64,000 nucleotides of DNA from an uncultured Candidatus Rokubacteria bacterium. Lineage in GTDB: Bacteria > Methylomirabilota > Methylomirabilia > Rokubacteriales > DASRDR01. The translations under genes and the position numbers were made by a program. Within the stretch, counting starts at the first letter, position 1, and each line of letters starts with the position of its first letter. The notes under the pieces are model-generated. The model was not told the DNA's origin and did not search any database. It saw nothing but the letters and a program-made list of their open reading frames with translations. Positions 50,331-59,307 of the stretch are shown in pieces. The stretch covers positions 416,001 to 480,000 of the forward strand of contig CAWGVS010000005.1 in assembly GCA_963826115.1 (NCBI GenBank), in the 5' to 3' direction.

Positions 50331-51224
50331 CTAGCTCCAGCTGAGGAGCCGGCAGAGGTCGCTCGTGAGATCGGTCAGCTGGAAGCAGCCCCGGCGCCCG
50401 CCGAGCCGCGACCGGACGTCGCCCGCCCAGTCGGCGCCGAGCTTGACGCCGATCAAGTCCCGGACTCGCTCCTGCGGCTCGTTGCAGATGCCGAGATAGG
50501 GCAGGCGGGGAGTCAGGACCCGGGCCGCCCGGATCTCGTGGCTCGCCTGGTCCACGTCGTACCAGAGCTCGAACCCGTGGACCTGGTCGAACATCGACTG
50601 GTAGAGGGAGAGCGCCCCTCCCGCGCGGGCCACGTGGCTCCGCTTGTAGCGGTGGAACACGAACGGCCGGCCCGGAGGCGACGCGTACATCTCCACGGTG
50701 GCCGGGGTGCGGACGTGCCGCTCCTGGAAGAGCGCCCGCGTCTCCTCGCGGTAGGTGAAGCAGAGGTCGATGAGCTCGGGCCAGGCCTCGAGGTCGAGCT
50801 GATGGAACTCCGCCGGACCGAGCTCCCGTGAGCCCGGGAGGGCCATCCGCGTCACCTGCCGGGACAGCCGGGCCGCCTCGAGAGCGGTGTCGAGCAGGTG
50901 GCCGGCGAGCGGGTGCTCGCCGAGCGCCGCCGCCACCTGGCGCCGGAAGCCGGCGGCGATGCGGAGGGTGCCGATTGCCCGGAAGGCATCGAGGAGCTCG
51001 CCGCAGCGCGCCCGCGTCTCCGGTGAGCGCGCGGTCGCCGTCGCCTCGGACAGCTGATAGCTCGGCGACGGCTCCGCGACCAGGCTGACCTCCAGGTCCG
51101 CGATCCCGTCAGTCAGCCGGGCGTTCAGCCGCAGGAGCGAGCGGTCGAGGGTGTCGACCCACCCCGTGACGATCCGCTCGTAGGGGCCGCGTCCCCCGGC
51201 GAGGAAGCGACAGTCGACCGTCAC
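50331..51224 (-). CDS. tandem DUF2889-like protein
   Basis: Two similar halves; second has FHR...DQVHG...PY.GIC...LIG...LGG.RGCFQLTDL; start uncertain. Confidence 0.65.
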   Translation of the reverse strand: MTVDCRFLAGGRGPYERIVTGWVDTLDRSLLRLNARLTDGIADLEVSLVAEPSPSYQLSEATATARSPETRARCGELLDAFRAIGTLRIAAGFRRQVAAALGEHPLAGHLLDTALEAARLSRQVTRMALPGSRELGPAEFHQLDLEAWPELIDLCFTYREETRALFQERHVRTPATVEMYASPPGRPFVFHRYKRSHVARAGGALSLYQSMFDQVHGFELWYDVDQASHEIRAARVLTPRLPYLGICNEPQERVRDLIGVKLGADWAGDVRSRLGGRRGCFQLTDLTSDLCRLLSWS

Positions 51225-51225
51225 C

Positions 51226-52659
51226 TCAGCGACCCGTGACCATCCCGTCGACGTGCTTGGCCGCGCGGCCGAGATCGTACTCGCGGTACATCTGGAGCCA
51301 CTCGGCCGCGGGGGACCCGGAGCCGTGGATGATCTCCACGTCCCACCATCCCGCGTACTCCGAGGCGGTGAGGTCCCGGATGAACCGGAAGAGGCGCATG
51401 CGGTCCTCGGCGGTGCCGGTCGCCCCCGCGTAGTACTTGTCGAAGTAAGGCTTGAGCTCCGGGGCCCGCTGGTCCTCGATCGCCGGCAGCGTCTCGACCG
51501 CGCCGCCCGCGATCTCGAGCAGGAGCCGTGTCGCCAGGTAGTGCCCCTCCATGGCGACGTGCTTTCCCGTGTTCGCGTAGACTGCGTCGGGCACCGCGAC
51601 ACCGGGCTCCAGGATGGTCGCGTGCATCGAGGCGGCCACGCCCGTGCTCCAGATGAGCGCCTGGAGCTTGATGAGCTGGGTGATCTTGTCGCGGATGTGC
51701 GGCGCGTCGGCCACGCCGTTGAGCTCGGCGATGCGGTGCGCCGCGCCGATGAAGATGTCGAGCTTCCCGACGTCGGCTCCGAGGTAGCCCTGCCGGTTGA
51801 CGCTCGCGAAGATGTTGGCCATGTCGCCGGAATGCTGCCACTCGCCGCACAGGAACACCCGCTCCCAGGGGACGAACACGTCCTCGAAGATCGTGAACGT
51901 CTCGAGCAGCTGGTCCTTCCGCGTCATGGGCGACGTCTCGGGGTCCTTGATGTTGGCCTCGCGCGCGATCAGCTTCACGCCGGGAGCGTCGACCGGGACG
52001 GCGCAGGACACCGCGTAGTCGGCGTCCTCCCGCCGCATCGCCCGGGTCGGGGCGACGATCAGCTCCTCGGCGGCCACCGCGCCGGACGTGTGCATCTTGC
52101 AGCCCCGGATGACGATGCCGTCGGCGCGGCGCTCGACGACCCGGAGGTAGGCTTCCTTGTTCGGCTGCTCGGCCGGTCTGAGACGGCGGTCCCCCTTGGG
52201 ATCCGTGATGGCCGCCGAGGTCATGATCTGATCCCGCTGGAACCGTCGGATGTAGCTCCGCACGCGCTCCAGGTACTCGCCCTTCCCTTCGCGTGCGAGC
52301 GTGGAGGCGACGACGTAGAGCGCGGCCAGCTCGTCCCGCCCGATCGTCGCGTACCCCGCGGCGGGGGAGACGCGCGAGACCTGCCGGGCGACCATGATGT
52401 TGTCGAGGAGGTCGTCCTTCGTCGCGGGGATCGACCAGAAGGGATGGCAGGGCGCCCCGTCGATCGACACGATGCGCGGCAGCGCCCGCTGGACCTCCGG
52501 ATCGCGCACGCAGTCGTAGATCCACGTGCCCCAGCAGTGCCGGGTGGGCGCGAAGCCCTCGTGACTCACGCGGTCCGCGATGCGCTCGCCCCCGCAGTAC
52601 ACGACGGGCCGCTGCTCCCGGAGGGCGGCAAGATAGGCTGCGCTGGTCCTGAACGCCAT
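51226..52659 (-). CDS. 4-hydroxyphenylacetate 3-hydroxylase / 4-hydroxybutyryl-CoA dehydratase family flavoprotein
   Basis: AITDPKGDR, GIVIRGCKMHTSG, FEDVFVPWERVF and HGSGSP. Confidence 0.88.
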   Translation of the reverse strand: MAFRTSAAYLAALREQRPVVYCGGERIADRVSHEGFAPTRHCWGTWIYDCVRDPEVQRALPRIVSIDGAPCHPFWSIPATKDDLLDNIMVARQVSRVSPAAGYATIGRDELAALYVVASTLAREGKGEYLERVRSYIRRFQRDQIMTSAAITDPKGDRRLRPAEQPNKEAYLRVVERRADGIVIRGCKMHTSGAVAAEELIVAPTRAMRREDADYAVSCAVPVDAPGVKLIAREANIKDPETSPMTRKDQLLETFTIFEDVFVPWERVFLCGEWQHSGDMANIFASVNRQGYLGADVGKLDIFIGAAHRIAELNGVADAPHIRDKITQLIKLQALIWSTGVAASMHATILEPGVAVPDAVYANTGKHVAMEGHYLATRLLLEIAGGAVETLPAIEDQRAPELKPYFDKYYAGATGTAEDRMRLFRFIRDLTASEYAGWWDVEIIHGSGSPAAEWLQMYREYDLGRAAKHVDGMVTGR

Positions 52660-52695
52660 GACGGTGGCCTCCTGGGCGGGTGCCGGCCGGGCACC

Positions 52696-54159
52696 TCAGC
52701 CTTCGTTCAACAGTCGCCGAACCTCGTCCCGCGAGACCTTGCCGTTCGCGTTTCGCGGCAGGGCGGTGAGGAACCGGACGGTGCGTGGCGATTTGTAGTC
52801 GGCGATGCGCTCGGCGAGGAAGCGTCCGAGGGCGCCCGCGTCCAGCGTGCTGCCGGCCTTCGCGACGACGGCGGCGGCCACGACCTCGCCCAGGTCCCGG
52901 TCGGGCAGGCCGACGACCGACGCCTCGAGGACGTCCGGATGGGCGGCGATCGCGGTCTCGACCTCGGCGGGCGGGATCTTCTCGCCCCCGCGGTTGATCA
53001 GCTCGTCCGCGCGCCCCACGAGGCGGAGGAGGCCGTCGGCGCCGAGGCGCGCCAGATCCCCGGTGCGAAGCCACGGACCGTCGAACTTCGCTCGGGTCGC
53101 CGCCTCGTCCTTCCAGTAGCCCGCCATCACCGTGGGGGTCCGGAGCTGGAGCTCGCCCCCGGCGGCGATCCGGTCGAGGACGCCCGGCACCGCGACGCCG
53201 ATCGCGGTCAAATCGCGGGCGCCTGGGCGCCAGGGGAGATAGTGCGTGATCGAGGTTGCCTCGGACATCCCGTACACGTTCACGAAGCGGACGTCGGGGA
53301 CGACCTCGGCCAGGCGCGCGGCGAGCGCGGCCGGCATCGGCGCGCCGCCGTAGGCGAACCACGGGGCCAGGGCGGCGGGCGGGGGCGCCGCCTCGAGCTG
53401 GGCCAGCATGCGGCCGTAGATGGTCGGCACCCCGATCAGGAACGTGTACCGTCCCTTGGCCAGGGCCGCGGCCACCGCTCCCGGATCGAAGCGGCGCGGG
53501 ACGTCGACCTGCCCGTTCACGAGCAGCATGTGGGCGAGGCCGTCGTTGTAGCCCGTGTTGTGGAAGAGCGGGCACACCACCGCCGTCGCGCTGTCGGGTC
53601 CCGACTGGAAGAGGTGCGCGAACATCTCCGCGTTCCGGACGAGCGAGGCGTTCCGGATCATCACGCCGCGCGGCTCGCCGGTCGTGCCCGAGGTGTAACA
53701 GAGGACGCCGACCTCGTCCGGTCGCGCCTCGGAGCCGTCCAGCGCCGGCGCCGGGGTCCCGGGCGTTCCGATCTCGGCCGACGGGATCGCGCGGCGTCGG
53801 TAGCGCTCGGACGCGCGGGCGAGGTACGAGGGGTCGCCGACGAGCGCGGCGGGATCGAGGTCGCCGAGAACCCGGTCGAGGTCGCCCGCGGCCTGCCGCG
53901 TGTTCAGAGGCGCCGCCACGGCGCCGTGGGCGATGGCGCCGAGGTATGCGACGACCCAGTCGCCGCCGTTGTCGCCGAGGATGGCCACCCGGTCGCCTCG
54001 CTCGACGCCGAGGCGCCGGAGTCGCGCGCGGAACCGTGCGACGAGCCGGGCGACCTCGCCGTAGCCCAGCGTCCGCCCGCGGTCGGGCTCGGCGACGAAG
54101 ACCGCATCGGGGGTGCGCTCCGCCCAGTGGTGGAGAAAGTCCGGCAGGGTGTCAGCCAT
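52696..54159 (-). CDS. AMP-forming acyl-CoA synthetase
   Basis: YTSGTTGEPRG, YGMSE, RTGD, GR...I.RGGEK and PRNANGK. Confidence 0.92.
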   Translation of the reverse strand: MADTLPDFLHHWAERTPDAVFVAEPDRGRTLGYGEVARLVARFRARLRRLGVERGDRVAILGDNGGDWVVAYLGAIAHGAVAAPLNTRQAAGDLDRVLGDLDPAALVGDPSYLARASERYRRRAIPSAEIGTPGTPAPALDGSEARPDEVGVLCYTSGTTGEPRGVMIRNASLVRNAEMFAHLFQSGPDSATAVVCPLFHNTGYNDGLAHMLLVNGQVDVPRRFDPGAVAAALAKGRYTFLIGVPTIYGRMLAQLEAAPPPAALAPWFAYGGAPMPAALAARLAEVVPDVRFVNVYGMSEATSITHYLPWRPGARDLTAIGVAVPGVLDRIAAGGELQLRTPTVMAGYWKDEAATRAKFDGPWLRTGDLARLGADGLLRLVGRADELINRGGEKIPPAEVETAIAAHPDVLEASVVGLPDRDLGEVVAAAVVAKAGSTLDAGALGRFLAERIADYKSPRTVRFLTALPRNANGKVSRDEVRRLLNEG

Positions 54160-54190
54160 GGCTCGCGTCGGCCCGAGTGGGGCGGTCCGT

Positions 54191-54220
54191 ATTCTAAGGG
54201 ACCGCTTCGCGCGAAATCAA
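54191..54220 (-). promoter_or_regulatory. sigma70 promoter of the CoA-ligase operon
   Basis: TTGATT-18nt-TAGAAT on the minus strand. Confidence 0.6.
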
Positions 54221-54349
54221 TCAGCCGGCGTCGGCCGGCGGGCACTCCGGGAGCTCGACGGTGAAGACGCTGCCGGCGCCTTCGGCGCTCTCGACGGCGA
54301 TCCGCCCGCCGCGGTCCTCGACGATGCTCTTCGCGATGGCGAGGCCGAG
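54221..54349 (-). pseudogene. C-terminal remnant of a histidine kinase HATPase_c domain
   Basis: LGLAIAKSIVEDRGGRIAVESAEGAGSVFTVELP with no upstream kinase sequence or start. Confidence 0.75.
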
Positions 54350-54420
54350 GAGCGCGGACACGGCCGGCAACGTTCGGCGGCGCCCTCGCGCGCGGGCGGC
54401 ACCAAGCGGGCGGAGCGGAG

Positions 54421-55620
54421 CTACGCCGGGCGGGCGCCCCGAACCGGGCAGTCCGGCGGCATGACGGCCTTCTTCCGCGCGACGATCCCGCCGGCGTGCG
54501 CCCCGAGGTAGTGCGCGATCGTCTCGACCCGGATCTTCATCGACCCCGCCGGCTTGGTAGCGTCGAGGTCCTGGAACGAGAAGAAGAGCGTGCCGGACCG
54601 CTCCACGATCTGCTGGACGGGCGTGTAGGTCGGCTGGTCCATCCCGCACTCGTAGCTCGAGAGCCGGACGACGCACGAGATCCAGGGCACGCGCGCGGCG
54701 AACTTTGCTCCCCACAGGATCTCGTTCGTGTTCGCGCTGTAGGACGACGGCCACACGTCGCGGATGTCGAGGGGCGACTTGACGTGGCCCGACCTGACGT
54801 CGGGGCCGAATGCCCAGTCGAGCAGGTCGGCGTCGAGCGGCAGGTACTGACCCCAGAGGATCGGGTAGCCGTAGGCCTGGATGTCGACCTCGATCTCGTG
54901 GCCGATTCCCGGGTCCATGTGATACGGGCGGGCGAGGACCAGGATGGCGGAGCGGTCCTTCTTCGCGCACCACTCGAGCACCTCGCGCGAGCGCCGGCGG
55001 AGCCCGTCGGAGAAGGTCTGGAGCGCTCGGTAGCCTTCGGCGACCGCCGCGGCCGTCTCGACGGGCGTGAGCCCGGGCAAGACGTCGCGCAGCCCCTCGT
55101 AGAGCTGCTTCGGCACGAGCTTCGGCTCGTCGAGCGACACGAACGGCGCGACGTAGCGGATGCCCTGGTCCGCGAAGGCGTCCCGCTCCTTGAGGAAGCC
55201 GGCCTTGATGTTCTCGGGGGCCGCCATGACGCGCGGGCAGGTCAGGCTCCGGGCGACGTGCCCGCTCAGGAACGACGGGAGGTTGTAGATCATCGGCGAG
55301 AAGACCACGTGGAGCTTCTCGCGGTGCCCGAAGACGAGCTCGCCATAGTGGCCGGAGATGCACTTCACCGGGTAGCAGCAGTCCACGGTCCCGCGGCCCT
55401 TGCCGAACTCCCGGCCCTGCTCCTCGGAGGTGTCCGACGAGAAGACGAGGTGGCGCGGGTCGACGCCCAGGGCGGTGAAGAGCCCGTGCCAGAACTGGTG
55501 CGTCGACCAGAGGTTCAGGACGCGCGGGATGCCGATCCGGAGCTCAGCGCGCGACGGGCGCGGAGCGGGCGCGGCGGAAGGCGTCTTTGCGAACCATCTC
55601 GGCAACGTTAGGGTACTCAC
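54421..55620 (-). CDS. DUF2229 / 2-hydroxyacyl-CoA dehydratase-like subunit (PlsA C-terminal-like)
   Basis: IGIPRVL, DCCYPVK...GH, TCP, ARPYH.DP.I.H and SYECGMD. Confidence 0.82.
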   Translation of the reverse strand: MSTLTLPRWFAKTPSAAPAPRPSRAELRIGIPRVLNLWSTHQFWHGLFTALGVDPRHLVFSSDTSEEQGREFGKGRGTVDCCYPVKCISGHYGELVFGHREKLHVVFSPMIYNLPSFLSGHVARSLTCPRVMAAPENIKAGFLKERDAFADQGIRYVAPFVSLDEPKLVPKQLYEGLRDVLPGLTPVETAAAVAEGYRALQTFSDGLRRRSREVLEWCAKKDRSAILVLARPYHMDPGIGHEIEVDIQAYGYPILWGQYLPLDADLLDWAFGPDVRSGHVKSPLDIRDVWPSSYSANTNEILWGAKFAARVPWISCVVRLSSYECGMDQPTYTPVQQIVERSGTLFFSFQDLDATKPAGSMKIRVETIAHYLGAHAGGIVARKKAVMPPDCPVRGARPA

Positions 55621-57718
55621 GCTTGACCTCCTCGAGCTTCGCCTTCACCGTCCGCATCTCGTTCGCGTCCTCGACGAGGCCCTTCGGGCAGGAGTTCCCG
55701 CTGATGACCCGCTCCCAGCCCGCGGCGAGCGGCACCTTGCTCCACGAGCGCCCGGCCGCGCCCGGCAGCTGCACGTCGATGAAGGTGCGGGTGCAGTTGA
55801 CCGGGCACCACTTGCAGACGGTCTCCGCCTTCGTGGTGCTGACGTAGGTCAGGGACTCGATGACGTCGAAGCCTCGGAAGCGGGACGGCTGGCCGGCGCC
55901 CCGCCAGTCGCCCGCGCAGAGCGCGGCGCCGATCGCGCCGGCCTCGCCGGAGTACGGGTGGAGCACCACGTCGGCGTCGGGCACCTTGCTCGTGATGAAG
56001 TCGGTCTGCGCCTTGACCACCGCCATGTTGCGGTGGGTGCCGCCCTGGAGGACGAACTTCCGGCCGGCCGCCCGGAGGTTCTGGAGCTGGCCGGCGTAGA
56101 TCCAGACGTTCACCGGCAGGACGGCCGCGAGCGCCGCCATGATCTCCTCGGCCGCCCAACCCTTCCGCTGCTGGTTCACGATGTCGGACTGCAGGAAGAC
56201 GCCGCATCCCATCGCGAGGGACGGCATGGCCTTCGCCGTGAACGCGCGCTCGGCGTAACCCTCGAGAGGGATCCCGTAGCGCTCGGCGACCCCCTGGAGG
56301 AACGCCCCGTTTCCGGACGAGCACTGGGAGTTCAGCCGGAAGTCGGCGACCGTGCCCTGCCGGAGGAGCATGATCTTGACGTCCGTCCCGCCGACGTCGC
56401 AGATCACGTCGGCGTCGGGGACGTAGTGGAGCGCCGCCGTCGCGTGGGCCACCGTCTCCACGATGGCCACGTCGGCCCCGAGGACGTCGCGGAGCAGGTC
56501 CTTGCCGTAGCCGGTGAGCGCCAGGGCGCCCACCTCGCTGAAGCCCGCCGCCCGCACCTGGCGGAACAGCGACTGCGCGTCCTCGATCGGGTTGCCCTTC
56601 GAGATCGCGTAGCAGCTGAAGAGGAGCTCCTTGTCGAGCGAGAGCACGACCGCCTTGGCGGTGGTGCTGCCGAAGTCGCAGCCGAGGAGGACGGGCGCGG
56701 CGGCGGCGGCCGGCGTCGGGCGCGCGAGGGCCGCGGGGCGGCCGGCGTACCGGGAGACGAAGCTGGCGAGCTCGTCGCCGCCGGCGACGAGCGCCCGCGC
56801 GCCGTCCTTGGCCTTCTGCTCCTGCTGGCCCTCGGTGACCCACCACGTCAGGCGCTCGCGGCCCCGGTACACGCCGACGCCGGGCGCCTCGCCCCGGGCG
56901 GTCTCGACGCAGCCGAGGCAGGCGTAGTAGAGGGCGTCCTCGGGCACCAGGATGAGTGACGCGGGGTCCGCATCGCCGGCGTCCGTCAGGCCGCGCTCCT
57001 TCCAGAGCTTCGCGAGATGGTGGCGCCACGCCTCCTGGAGCCCCTTGAAGAAGAGGTTGGGCCCGCCCAGGAGGAGGACAGTGGGCATGGGCGTGTTGCC
57101 CTTGGTCAGGGTCGCGAGGTTCTGGTAGACCACGGCCTCGAAGAGGCTGGCGATGATCTCCTCGACCGGCACGCCGGTCTTCACGAGCGTGTTCGCGTCC
57201 GTCTCGGCGAAGATGCCGCACTTCGAGCTGATCTTGTGGAGGCTCAACCCCGCGTACGGCATCGCGGCCAGCCGCTCGGCCGGCACCTGGAGCTTCCGCG
57301 CGGTCTTCTCGATGAACGTCCCGGTGCCGCCGCTGCAGGCCGACTGCATGTAGACCTGCTTCGACTTCCCGGTGCCGGCCTCCTTGAAGAAGATGGTCTT
57401 CATGTCCTCGCCGCCGATCTCGGACACGAAGCGCACCTCGGGGTGGAGCCGCTCGACGCACGCGGCGACGGCAACGACCTCCTGGACGTACTTGCCGCCT
57501 ATCAGGGCCGTGATGGCGCCCGCCCCCGAGCCGGTGATGAAGGCCTGATCCACCTCGGGCGTGAGGCCGGCCTCGGACTCCATGCGCTCGAGGAACTCGA
57601 GCACCTTCTCGGCCTGGCGGGTGTTGTGGCGCTGGTAGTCCCGCCAGAGGACCCGGTCACCGTCGACCAGCACCGCCTTGACGGTGGTCGAGCCGACGTC
57701 GACGCCCGCGATCCTCAC
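55544..57718 (-). CDS. double BadF/BadG/BcrA/BcrD ASKHA ATPase activase (PlsA/Ger N-terminal-like)
   Basis: Two repeats (DVGSTTVK..EIGGED..CSGGTG..CGIFA; DFGSTTAK..DVGGTD..CSSGNG..CGVF) plus CKWCPVNC...GNSC. Confidence 0.9.
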   Translation of the reverse strand: MRIAGVDVGSTTVKAVLVDGDRVLWRDYQRHNTRQAEKVLEFLERMESEAGLTPEVDQAFITGSGAGAITALIGGKYVQEVVAVAACVERLHPEVRFVSEIGGEDMKTIFFKEAGTGKSKQVYMQSACSGGTGTFIEKTARKLQVPAERLAAMPYAGLSLHKISSKCGIFAETDANTLVKTGVPVEEIIASLFEAVVYQNLATLTKGNTPMPTVLLLGGPNLFFKGLQEAWRHHLAKLWKERGLTDAGDADPASLILVPEDALYYACLGCVETARGEAPGVGVYRGRERLTWWVTEGQQEQKAKDGARALVAGGDELASFVSRYAGRPAALARPTPAAAAAPVLLGCDFGSTTAKAVVLSLDKELLFSCYAISKGNPIEDAQSLFRQVRAAGFSEVGALALTGYGKDLLRDVLGADVAIVETVAHATAALHYVPDADVICDVGGTDVKIMLLRQGTVADFRLNSQCSSGNGAFLQGVAERYGIPLEGYAERAFTAKAMPSLAMGCGVFLQSDIVNQQRKGWAAEEIMAALAAVLPVNVWIYAGQLQNLRAAGRKFVLQGGTHRNMAVVKAQTDFITSKVPDADVVLHPYSGEAGAIGAALCAGDWRGAGQPSRFRGFDVIESLTYVSTTKAETVCKWCPVNCTRTFIDVQLPGAAGRSWSKVPLAAGWERVISGNSCPKGLVEDANEMRTVKAKLEEVKREYPNVAEMVRKDAFRRARSAPVAR

Positions 57719-59307
57719 GACGCCCCCGCGGGCGCGGCGGCGGGCCGCGCGCCGGGCGCCGGTCGGGCGGCGGCGAGCTTCGCCAGCCGGTCGCCGCGGC
57801 CCATCAGCTTGGCGACGTGGAGGACCAGGTTGGCGGCGGTGCCGGCGGCGAGGCCCGTGCGCGGGATCGGGTAGGTGGCCATGCGCATGGCCGGCCGGGC
57901 GTCCACGTAGGCCCGGACCTCCTCCAGGGCGAGGCCCGTCGCGTCCAGCACGGTGTCGAGCTCCCGCTGGGCGCGCTTCTTCGCCTCGGTCAGGATCATC
58001 TGGCAACGCGACAGCGCGTGGACCTCGGCGTCGCCCTTGATCTCGAGCGGGGCATAGAGGAGGTCCGGGTACTTGCCGACGACGCCGGCCATCGCGCCGA
58101 TGCTCATCGTGTTGGGCATGCAGGAGTACGGCGAGAGCTCGCAGATCATGTGGGCCTTCTTCTTGTGGTAGGCCCACAGCGCCTTCCCGACCAGCATGTC
58201 GCCCTCGCCGCCGTCGAGGCGGCTGTGGAAGTAGGGGGCGGCGAGCCGGCGGAGCTCCAGCTGGTTCGGGAGCTCGTGGGGGAGGCTCCCCATGGCGCGC
58301 CGCAGCCGGTCGAACGTCCACCGATACACCGCCTGGGCGGCCCGCCCGGCGGCCAGCTTGAGCCGCGCGCCGCGCTCGATGCCGCTGTAGTCCTCGAAGC
58401 GCTGGAGCCCGAGCCGGAGGAGGTAATCCATCCACACCGTCACCGCCGCCGGGTAGACCTCGGCGCCCTCGGCCTCGAGCCAGCGGTGGATGTTGTAGTT
58501 CGGGTCGCCCTCGACGGTCTGGAGGTAGAACTCGCCGGTGATCTTCACCTTCGGCTTCACCCGGAGCCTGTCCACCTCGATCGTGGCGAAGCGCCGGTGG
58601 ACCTCGCGGAGCGCGCGGGCGAAGTAAGGGGTGCCGAGATGCCAGGCGATCGAGCGCCACGAGTCATTGCGCGGACGATTCTTGAAGACCTCGAAGAGGT
58701 GGTCCATGCACTCGCGCACGATGGCGTCGGTGCGACCGGCCTCCACCTCGTACGGCCGGATCTGGTACTCGAGGTCCTGCACGAGATCGGCGCAGAAGAT
58801 GGCCCAGAGGCAGCCGAAGGTGATCGGGAGGTTGAAGTCGAGGCCGTCGCCCATCACCGCCTTCTGGTCCATCTGATCCTGGGCCAGGAGGAACATCCGG
58901 AATGCCTCGAGCCCGGTGTTCCGGAGCGCGAGCTCGTAGCTCTGGTGGTACTGGCCGAAGCGGCAGGCCCCGCAGGAGCCGGCGGTGAGGTACACGTAGC
59001 GCTTGCTCACCTCGTCGGCGCCGATGGCCTTCGACTCCTTCTTGAGGAAGTTGACGAGGTTCCCGGTGGTGAAGCTCGTCGGGCAGCACTGGCCGATGTC
59101 CGCCACCTCGCGCCCGGTGAGAAGGTCCGCCTTGGTCGCGACCGGCAGGATGCGCGCCTGGTAGCCGCTGTTCTCCAGGACCGCCTGGAGCAGGCGCTCG
59201 AGGCGCCAGTGGAGGCCGCCGAACAGCACCGTCGTGGACTCGCGCTGGGCGCGGGTGAAGGGGCGCGGCGCGTAGGTGCGATAGGGCTCAGCGGTGACCG
59301 TCGCCAT
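57715..59307 (-). CDS. HGD-D-like reductase/dehydratase subunit (PlsR-like)
   Basis: CCPTSFTTG, GSCGACRFGQY, ITGEFY, GGEG and PYSCMPN. Confidence 0.8.
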   Translation of the reverse strand: MATVTAEPYRTYAPRPFTRAQRESTTVLFGGLHWRLERLLQAVLENSGYQARILPVATKADLLTGREVADIGQCCPTSFTTGNLVNFLKKESKAIGADEVSKRYVYLTAGSCGACRFGQYHQSYELALRNTGLEAFRMFLLAQDQMDQKAVMGDGLDFNLPITFGCLWAIFCADLVQDLEYQIRPYEVEAGRTDAIVRECMDHLFEVFKNRPRNDSWRSIAWHLGTPYFARALREVHRRFATIEVDRLRVKPKVKITGEFYLQTVEGDPNYNIHRWLEAEGAEVYPAAVTVWMDYLLRLGLQRFEDYSGIERGARLKLAAGRAAQAVYRWTFDRLRRAMGSLPHELPNQLELRRLAAPYFHSRLDGGEGDMLVGKALWAYHKKKAHMICELSPYSCMPNTMSIGAMAGVVGKYPDLLYAPLEIKGDAEVHALSRCQMILTEAKKRAQRELDTVLDATGLALEEVRAYVDARPAMRMATYPIPRTGLAAGTAANLVLHVAKLMGRGDRLAKLAAARPAPGARPAAAPAGAS

